Shown here in pieces: positions 1 to 4,702 of a stretch of 6,190 nucleotides of DNA. Position 1 is the first letter of the stretch. Each line of letters begins with the position of its first letter. The translations under genes were made by a program, and so were the position numbers. The notes beneath the pieces are model-generated. The model searched no databases. It was not told the origin of the DNA and was given only the letters and a program-made list of their open reading frames with translations. Source of the DNA: PVC group bacterium (lineage in GTDB: Bacteria > GCA-001730085 > JADFSZ01); NCBI GenBank assembly GCA_022560555.1, contig JADFSZ010000107.1, positions 1 through 6,190 on the forward strand, written 5' to 3'.

Positions 1-906
1 GAACTTAGAGCGCGATAAATTAATATTCAGATGCTTCGGTCCGTTTTGGTCGGCTGTGATAAAGGGTAAATTAATATTGGTTTCCATACTGGAAGACAAC
101 TCGCATTTGGCTTTCTCGGCCGCCTCTTTCAAACGCTGAAGAGCCATTTTGTCTTTGGAAAGATCAATCCCTTCTTGCTTTTTAAATTCTGCCGTGAGCC
201 ACTCAATCACACATTCATCTAAATCATCTCCCCCTAGATGCGTGTCCCCGCTGGTTGCCTTAACCTCAAAAACACCGTCGCCTAATTCAAGAATCGAAAT
301 ATCAAATGTTCCGCCGCCAAAATCAAATACGGCAATTTTTTCATTCTTCTTTCTATCCAGACCATAAGACAGCGCGGCCGCCGTTGGTTCATTAATAATT
401 CTTAACACTTCCAAACCGGCAACTTTTCCGGCATCTTTTGTCGCTTGGCGCTGGGCATCATTGAAGTAGGCCGGAGTCGTGATCACAGCCTGAGTCACTT
501 CTTCGCCCAAATAATCTTCGGCTGTCTGTTTCATCTTTTGTAATATACGCGCTGAAATTTCAACCGGTGTGTAGTCGCCTTTTGTCAAATGTACTTTGAC
601 ATTGTCGCCGGCATCAATCACTTTATAGGGAACTTTTTTGATTTCCTCCTTCACTTCCTGAAAGCGTCTTCCGATAAACCGCTTAATCGAATAAACCGTG
701 TTTTCCGGATTTGTGATAGCCTGGCGCTTCGCGACTTGTCCCACAAGTAATTCTTTGTCTTTCGTGAACGCAACAACCGAAGGCGTCGTGCGGCCTCCAT
801 CCGAATTGATAAGCACTTTAGGCTCTTTGCCTTCCATAATGGCAACAACCGAATTCGTCGTTCCTAAATCGATTCCGATAATTTTTCCGCTTTTTGATTT
901 TGTCAT
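1..906 (-). CDS. dnaK: Molecular chaperone DnaK (Hsp70), N-terminal 302 codons; the 3' part runs off the left edge of the window
   Basis: Hand translation of the reverse strand from ATG at 906-904 is open down to base 1. It reads [47 protein letters not shown]...[47 protein letters not shown]...[40 protein letters not shown]...[20 protein letters not shown]. These are classic Hsp70 ATPase-domain motifs. An SD-like AAGGGGA lies 7 nt upstream of the ATG. The ORF is absent from the track only because there is no in-window stop. Confidence 0.97.
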   Translation of the reverse strand, partial: MTKSKSGKIIGIDLGTTNSVVAIMEGKEPKVLINSDGGRTTPSVVAFTKDKELLVGQVAKRQAITNPENTVYSIKRFIGRRFQEVKEEIKKVPYKVIDAGDNVKVHLTKGDYTPVEISARILQKMKQTAEDYLGEEVTQAVITTPAYFNDAQRQATKDAGKVAGLEVLRIINEPTAAALSYGLDRKKNEKIAVFDFGGGTFDISILELGDGVFEVKATSGDTHLGGDDLDECVIEWLTAEFKKQEGIDLSKDKMALQRLKEAAEKAKCELSSSMETNINLPFITADQNGPKHLNINLSRSKF

Positions 907-934
907 GATCCATTCCCCTTATAAATTGTCTTGA

Positions 935-979
935 AGTATTCTTTTCTAAAATCTTATTCGCAAGATTTTCCTAAAAATC
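935..979 (-). promoter_or_regulatory. Candidate dnaK promoter with an adjacent palindromic operator-like site
   Basis: The minus strand reads GATTTTTAGGAAAATC-TTGCGA-ATAAGATTTTAGAAAAG-AATACT. The -35-like TTGCGA is at plus 958-963, followed by a 17-nt spacer and a -10-like AATACT at 935-940. The palindrome GATTTTC-CT-AAAAATC at 964-979 abuts the -35. A degenerate half-copy (CTAAAATC, within 941-953) lies in the spacer. The promoter call is by eye in AT-rich DNA. Confidence 0.3.
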
Positions 980-1049
980 ATAAATTTTGACACATGCAAC
1001 TTATGGTACTTAGGAAAAACGTTCTTTCGATAAAAATGATATGCGGTGT

Positions 1050-1083
1050 GTTGGTGCTTCCTCGTAAAAGAGAAAGCACCAAC
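1050..1083 (-). terminator. Stable stem-loop 30 nt downstream of the groEL stop; putative partial terminator or 3' stabiliser between groEL and dnaK
   Basis: The arms are GTTGGTGCTTCCTC (1050-1063) and GAGAAAGCACCAAC (1070-1083), giving a 14-bp stem and a 6-nt loop. The single non-Watson-Crick position is a C/A mismatch in a plus-strand RNA but a G-U wobble in the minus-strand RNA, which favours function on the groEL transcript. The nearest U-run (AUCAUUUUUAUC) starts about 14 nt after the stem, so this is not a canonical intrinsic terminator. Confidence 0.45.
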
Positions 1084-1112
1084 GTCCATCCCCGCAAAAG
1101 TGCGAACGGTTT

Positions 1113-2774
1113 TTAATACATTCCGCCGCCGCCCATACCACCCATGCCGCCCATACCGCCGCCCGGCATTCCGCCGCCGCCGGCAGACGCTTTTTCTTCT
1201 TCGGGAAGATCCGTTACAAGGGCTTCCGTTGTCAGCATTAAGGACGCAATGCTGGCTGCATTCTGAAGCGCGGTGCGCGCGACCTTCGTGGGGTCGATCA
1301 CGCCGGCTTTCATCAGATCCTCATAGACAAACGTTTCGGCGTTAAAGCCTACATTCTCTTTTTCATGAAGCACACGTTCAACAACCACAGAACCTTCATA
1401 ACCGGCATTGAAAGCAATCTGTCTCAAGGGCTCTTGCAGAGCTCTCTTAACAATTTCTATGCCGATTTTTTCATCGCCTTCTAGTTTGAGCTTGTCTAAA
1501 TCTACAATAGCTCTCAGATAAGTAACTCCGCCTCCCGCGACAATGCCTTCTTCGACAGCAGCGCGTGTGGCATGAAGAGCATCCTCAACCCGGGCTTTCT
1601 TTTCCTTCATTTCTGTTTCTGTTGCAGCTCCCACATTGATCACGGCAACACCGCCGGCCAATTTAGCCAAGCGTTCCTGCAGCTTTTCTTTATCGTAATC
1701 AGATGTAGAGTCATCAATTTCTTGACGAATTCTCTTGATGCGGCCTTGAATATCCTCGGTCTTGCCGGCACCTTCCACGATAGTTGTGTTGTCTTTATCA
1801 ATCGTGATTTTTTTGGCGCGCCCGAGATCTTTCAATTCTATGCTTTCGAGCTTGATTCCCAGTTCTTCGGAAACAAGGTTTCCGCCGGTGAGAACAGCAA
1901 GATCTTCCATCATGGCTTTTCTTCGATCTCCGAACCCGGGAGCCTTTACAGCACAGATCTGCAAAGTTCCGCGCAGCTTGTTGACCACAAGCGTTGCCAA
2001 AGCTTCGCCGTCAATATCTTCCGCGATAATAAGTAACGGTTTTCCGGATTGAGCCACCTTTTCCAAAAGCGGAAGCATATCCTTCAGGCTGGATATTTTC
2101 TTTTCCTGGAGGAGGATAAGACAATCTTCTAAAGAAACTTCCATCGATTCGGAATTCGTGACAAAGTAAGGAGAGAGGTAGCCTTTGTCAAACTGCATTC
2201 CTTCGACAACCTCCAACGTTGTCTCGATTGTTTTGGCTTCTTCAACCGTAATGGTTCCGTCATTCCCGACTTTTTCCATAGCTTCGGAAATAATGGTCCC
2301 GATGGAACTGTCATTATTGGCAGAAATTGTCGCTACTTGACTTGTTTCTTTGGGATCTTCGATGCTTTTGCTGTTGTTCTTGAGGTACTCGACAACCGCT
2401 ATAACGCTTTTGTCAATGCCGCGTTTAAGAGCCATCGGATTGGCACCGGCTGTCACATTCTTGAGACCTTCCTTATAGATGATCTCCGCCAGTAACGTCG
2501 CTGTCGTTGTCCCGTCCCCGGCCACATCACTGGTTTTCGAGGACACTTCCTTGACCATCTGCGCTCCCATGTTTTCATAGGGATCCTTCAGTTCGATTTC
2601 CTTGGCAACCGTCACTCCGTCTTTGGTCACAGTGGGGGAACCAAACTTTTTGTCAATAATGACGTTGCGGCCGCGGGGCCCCAGCGTCACTTTGACGGCA
2701 TGACTCAACTGTTCAACTCCCGAAAGAATCGAGCGCCGAGCTTCATCGCCAAATTGTATACACTTTGGTGACAT
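1113..2774 (-). CDS. groEL: Chaperonin GroEL (Cpn60/Hsp60), 553 aa, complete
   Basis: The ORF-track protein carries the hallmark motifs [20 protein letters not shown] and [14 protein letters not shown], and a C-terminal Gly/Met tail ([22 protein letters not shown]). It has an ATG start with a GAAGGAGA Shine-Dalgarno upstream and lies 35 nt downstream of groES. Confidence 0.98.
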   Translation of the reverse strand: MSPKCIQFGDEARRSILSGVEQLSHAVKVTLGPRGRNVIIDKKFGSPTVTKDGVTVAKEIELKDPYENMGAQMVKEVSSKTSDVAGDGTTTATLLAEIIYKEGLKNVTAGANPMALKRGIDKSVIAVVEYLKNNSKSIEDPKETSQVATISANNDSSIGTIISEAMEKVGNDGTITVEEAKTIETTLEVVEGMQFDKGYLSPYFVTNSESMEVSLEDCLILLQEKKISSLKDMLPLLEKVAQSGKPLLIIAEDIDGEALATLVVNKLRGTLQICAVKAPGFGDRRKAMMEDLAVLTGGNLVSEELGIKLESIELKDLGRAKKITIDKDNTTIVEGAGKTEDIQGRIKRIRQEIDDSTSDYDKEKLQERLAKLAGGVAVINVGAATETEMKEKKARVEDALHATRAAVEEGIVAGGGVTYLRAIVDLDKLKLEGDEKIGIEIVKRALQEPLRQIAFNAGYEGSVVVERVLHEKENVGFNAETFVYEDLMKAGVIDPTKVARTALQNAASIASLMLTTEALVTDLPEEEKASAGGGGMPGGGMGGMGGMGGGGMY

Positions 2775-2809
2775 AATTTTTCTCCTTCTTCTTCTAATTG
2801 ATAACGAAT

Positions 2810-3097
2810 TTATTTCACAATGCCCAGCACATCTTCTTCTTTCATAATCAAGTACTCTTCTCCTTCAAGCTTCACTTCTGTTCCTGCGTAAGACGTAAAA
2901 AGGACATGGTCCCCTTCTTTAACTGTCAGGGCTTCCTTTGATCCGTCGTCCCGGATTTTTCCTCCACCAACGGAAATGATTCGGCCTTCCTTCGGCTTTT
3001 CCTTTGCTGAATCAGGAATAATGATACCGCCTTTTGTTTTTTCTTCCGCGTCCAGGCGCTTAACTAAAATCCGATCTCCAATAGGAATAACTTTCAT
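2810..3097 (-). CDS. groES: Co-chaperonin GroES (Cpn10/Hsp10), 95 aa
   Basis: The protein [46 protein letters not shown]... matches the canonical GroES N-terminus and mobile-loop region. I place the start at ATG 3097-3095, which has AAAGGAG 9 nt upstream. The track's 3106 start is a TTG that would add MTT and sits inside the SD spacing. Confidence 0.95.
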   Translation of the reverse strand: MKVIPIGDRILVKRLDAEEKTKGGIIIPDSAKEKPKEGRIISVGGGKIRDDGSKEALTVKEGDHVLFTSYAGTEVKLEGEEYLIMKEEDVLGIVK

Positions 3098-3127
3098 GGT
3101 TGTCAACTCCTTTCGTTCGTTTTACTT

Positions 3128-3184
3128 TTAAACAAATACAGATGTAACGGATACTGCCATTTACAAATATTTTTTCACCTCCTT
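3128..3184 (-). promoter_or_regulatory. Orphan strong Shine-Dalgarno (AAGGAGGTGA) plus mini-ORFs in the groES leader
   Basis: Plus strand 3175-3184 is TCACCTCCTT, the conserved bacterial 16S rRNA 3'-tail sequence, so the minus-strand RNA carries AAGGAGGUGA. It is followed by TTG-TAA (3166-3161) and by ATG GCA GTA TCC GTT ACA TCT GTA TTT GTT TAA (3160-3128, MAVSVTSVFV). An ATT-initiated 21-codon frame ends at a TGA inside the groES SD. No conventional ORF follows this SD. Confidence 0.35.
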
Positions 3185-3217
3185 GATCTTTAAAGAAAAT
3201 GATTTTTAAAGAAAATC
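3185..3217. promoter_or_regulatory. Tandem palindromic operator-like sites in the groES upstream region
   Basis: Positions 3201-3217 read GATTTTT-AAA-GAAAATC, with 6-bp perfect arms GATTTT/AAAATC. Positions 3185-3201 read GATCTTT-AAA-GAAAATG, a 15/17 direct copy offset by 16 bp. A T6A6 palindrome follows at 3218-3229. Confidence 0.35.
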
Positions 3218-3231
3218 TTTTTTAAAAAACA

Positions 3232-3283
3232 CTTAAAAACGCTTCTTTTTCTTATTCGAAAGCATGTGATTTTTGTAAAAATC
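3232..3283 (-). promoter_or_regulatory. Candidate groES promoter embedded in the 3' end of the upstream gene, with a perfect 7-2-7 palindrome
   Basis: Positions 3268-3283 read GATTTTT-GT-AAAAATC, a perfect inverted repeat. Six nt downstream on the minus strand is CTTTCGAATAAGA, with the -35-like TTTCGA at plus 3256-3261. A weak -10-like TTTTAA or TTTAAG follows 17-18 nt later at 3232-3238. The 9-mer CGAATAAGA (plus 3250-3258) is identical to the one at the dnaK candidate promoter (952-960). Confidence 0.3.
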
Positions 3284-3577
3284 ATTCCAATACTGCCAGT
3301 GAATTTTTTCTTCTCCCAGAGCGCTCACAATTTGGTAGTATTCCTCCTGGGTGATGTCCTCTAATTTTTTCCCATAACGGTTCTTAAGAATATCGTTAAA
3401 CTTCAGCACCTTTTCTACCATGAAATCATGGGTTCTCTCAGAGCCGCCCGCCAAAAGAAAATTGTCCCCTTCGGTAATCCTTTTTTGCCCATCAGAGTTA
3501 TCAAAGCCCAGCCCCAAAAGGATCGATTCTTTTTTTTCTTCCTCCGGAGCGGGGAGCTCTTCTTTATCGTGAACCAT
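3233..3577 (-). CDS. Hypothetical small protein, 114 aa (acidic N-terminus, Lys-rich C-terminus); family not recognised
   Basis: It is a clean ATG-initiated ORF in the same orientation as groES and 135 nt upstream of it. The protein is non-repetitive, with a plausible globular core (ILLGLGFDNSDGQKRITEGDNFLLAGGSERTHDFMVEKVLKFNDIL...). No signal peptide or TM segment is visible. The SD is weak (AAAGAG). Confidence 0.7.
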   Translation of the reverse strand: MVHDKEELPAPEEEKKESILLGLGFDNSDGQKRITEGDNFLLAGGSERTHDFMVEKVLKFNDILKNRYGKKLEDITQEEYYQIVSALGEEKIHWQYWNDFYKNHMLSNKKKKRF

Positions 3578-3673
3578 ACTCTTTGTATCACTTTCGTGAT
3601 TTTATCTGGTTTTCACAAGCAATTGGAGTAATCTAAAACGGGTTGTAAACGCAATCACCGTGCCATAAAAATC

Positions 3674-3710
3674 TATAATAATTTAACTTATTCATTATAA
3701 ATATATTACA
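3674..3710. repeat. AT-rich conserved intergenic motif, copy 1 (candidate promoter or operator for the 114-aa gene)
   Basis: Copy 1 reads TATAAT-AATT-TAACTTA-TTCA-TTATAAATATATTACA. The 16-mer at 3695-3710 is identical to 4660-4675. TAACTTA (3684-3690) and TATAAT (3674-3679) are also shared, and they are collinear in both copies. Confidence 0.45.
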
Positions 3711-3758
3711 GCTAAATTGAAATCCATTCGATTTGAAAAACGAGGAGGATTACGAGTC

Positions 3759-3794
3759 AAAATGTCCCACTAGTGGGCTATTCTGGCACATTTT
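3759..3794 (-). terminator. Nested palindromes downstream of the TPR gene stop; weak terminator candidate
   Basis: A perfect 12-bp palindrome CCCACTAGTGGG (3766-3777) is nested in the outer arms AAAATGTCCC (3759-3768) and GGCACATTTT (3785-3794), which have one C/C mismatch. The minus-strand RNA reads GCCCACUAGUGGGACAUUUUGA, beginning 14 nt after the stop. The stem is short and the U-tract is only 4 nt long. Confidence 0.3.
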
Positions 3795-3807
3795 TTATCG
3801 CATGGTT

Positions 3808-4314
3808 TCAGGAAATCATGTCGAAGAGCTTGATCGCAAGGAGAGGATTGACTTGCTTGAGCTTCTTGTAGTGATAGAGAGCCTCATTCACTTCCCGCTT
3901 CATGGCGTGGACAACACCCAAACCAAGATGCGCGCCGGAATGATTCGGCCTAAGGTCTAGCACCTGATAAAACTCCTGCTTCGCTTGTTCGAATAATCCT
4001 TTTTCAAAATATCTAACACCTAAGTTAAAATGCGCCTTTTCGTTTGAGGGATCAAGACCGATGACTTTTTCATACTCTTCGATGGCTCGATCATATTGGC
4101 CTAGCTGGCTGTACTTAATACCCAGTTTCAGTCTCGCATGCGTATCCGCAGGCTCTATTTGAATCTTTTGCTCAAGGACCATTTTTGCCATCACATCTCT
4201 TTGCGTATACAAAAGATAGCTGGCCGCCAGCAGTAAATCAAAGACGAGGAAAAGAACAAAAATGTGTCTGAGACATGGATAAAAAAAACTCTTATGCGCG
4301 TCATTCATGTTCAT
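3808..4314 (-). CDS. Membrane-anchored tetratricopeptide-repeat (TPR) protein, 168 aa
   Basis: An N-terminal hydrophobic segment (IFVLFLVFDLLLAASYLLY) is followed by about three 34-residue TPR-like units: HARLKLGIKYSQLGQYDRAIEEYEKVIGLDPSNEKAHFNLGVRYFEKGLFEQAKQEFYQVLDLRPNHSGAHLGLGVVHAMKREVNEALYHYKKLKQVNP. The start is ATG with an AAGGGGA SD 5 nt upstream, and an in-frame stop lies 4 codons upstream. Confidence 0.85.
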   Translation of the reverse strand: MNMNDAHKSFFYPCLRHIFVLFLVFDLLLAASYLLYTQRDVMAKMVLEQKIQIEPADTHARLKLGIKYSQLGQYDRAIEEYEKVIGLDPSNEKAHFNLGVRYFEKGLFEQAKQEFYQVLDLRPNHSGAHLGLGVVHAMKREVNEALYHYKKLKQVNPLLAIKLFDMIS

Positions 4315-4330
4315 GATAATCCCCTTTTAT

Positions 4331-4366
4331 CTGTTATGAGTCCGGGGCGAACCCCCTCAATAACAG
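4331..4366 (-). promoter_or_regulatory. UUCG-capped hairpin just 5' of the TPR gene ribosome-binding site
   Basis: The minus-strand RNA reads CUGUUAU-U-GAG-GGGG-UUCG-CCCC-GGA-CUC-AUAACAG. It has 7+3+4 bp with two bulges and a UUCG tetraloop only in the minus-strand sense (the loop is CGAA on the plus strand). The hairpin ends 2 nt before AUAAAAGGGGAUUAUCAUG. Confidence 0.4.
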
Positions 4367-4641
4367 TCTTACAACGCAGGCTTCATGCCAATGATTCAAT
4401 TCAAATACCTTTGACATGAACGCTCAATTTTTCATTCGCTTGAAGTGAAAACGCTCTCCGTGCAACCTAAGCGTTGTATATCCCGACAAAGGTGAATGTA
4501 AAATTCAACGTTTTTTGTCTCTATGGGAATTATCCGACATTAGAGTCAAGGAACCATTGTACCAAAGTTTCGATATCTGCGAAACAAAATCCTGGCCATC
4601 GTTACTCAGGATCTCTTTGTTCTATTTACTTTGTTTAGTAT

Positions 4642-4675
4642 TATAATGTAACTTAAATTTTATAAATATATTACA
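4642..4675. repeat. AT-rich conserved intergenic motif, copy 2
   Basis: Copy 2 reads TATAAT-G-TAACTTA-AATT-TTATAAATATATTACA. Roughly 29 of 34 positions match copy 1, with a 3-nt indel. On the minus strand it presents a perfect TATAAT. It lies 27 nt downstream of the binding-protein stop and about 330-360 nt upstream of the TPR ATG. Confidence 0.45.
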
Positions 4676-4702
4676 TACGTATTTGTCCGTGTGTATAGTT
4701 CA

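Noticed and set aside
149-934. Track ORFs 149..367(+), 651..848(-) and 698..934(+)
   Set aside because: They overlap the hand-translated dnaK frame, which is continuous from 906 to 1 and carries Hsp70 motifs. They are alternative-frame or antisense shadows.
1113-1190. Short-period DNA repeats (catacc/gccgcc units) at the 3' end of groEL
   Set aside because: They encode the normal Gly-Gly-Met C-terminal tail of GroEL. This is ordinary coding low complexity, not a CRISPR or satellite repeat.
1046-2314. Track ORFs 1046..1345(+), 1572..2036(+), 1762..2052(+) and 2129..2314(-) inside or overlapping groEL
   Set aside because: All lie within the unambiguous groEL reading frame, either antisense or in an alternative frame. 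Their products are low-complexity, Arg/Ser/Pro-rich and without motifs. These are typical shadow ORFs.
3098-3106. The TTG start at 3106 given for GroES in the ORF track (MTTMKV...)
   Set aside because: The ATG at 3097 gives the canonical MK(V/I)xP(L/I)GDR N-terminus and sits 9 nt after AAAGGAG. The TTG at 3106 begins only 1 nt after that SD, with no SD of its own upstream.
907-3232. Search for CIRCE (TTAGCACTC-N9-GAGTGCTAA), HAIR (CTTGAGT-N7-ACTCAAG) and sigma-32 -10 (CCCCATNT) elements upstream of dnaK and groES
   Set aside because: None found by eye in 907-1112 or 3098-3283. The CTTGAAGT...CGCAAG sequence at 930-964 superficially recalls HAIR, but its arms do not match. The visual scan could miss a degenerate site.
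3587-3600. ATCAC-GAAA-GTGAT hairpin (GNRA loop on the minus-strand RNA) just upstream of the 114-aa gene start
   Set aside because: The stem is only 5 bp in AT-rich sequence, which is within chance expectation, and it does not cover the SD or the start codon.
3428-3960. Track ORFs 3428..3631(+) and 3733..3960(+), and the plus-strand SD-like GAGGAGGA at 3742-3749
   Set aside because: Both ORFs are antisense to better-supported genes and have low-complexity products. The 3733 ORF starts at a TTG upstream of the SD-like sequence. The only ATG after that sequence (3762) gives ATG TCC CAC TAG, which is 3 codons. The minus-strand complement (AUCCUCCUC) is an anti-SD look-alike, but I could find no partner or structure to give it meaning.
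4344-4356. GGGGGTTCGCCCC (minus strand) resembling a tRNA T-arm
   Set aside because: The loop is 4 nt rather than the 7-nt T-loop. No acceptor, D or anticodon arms can be drawn around it.
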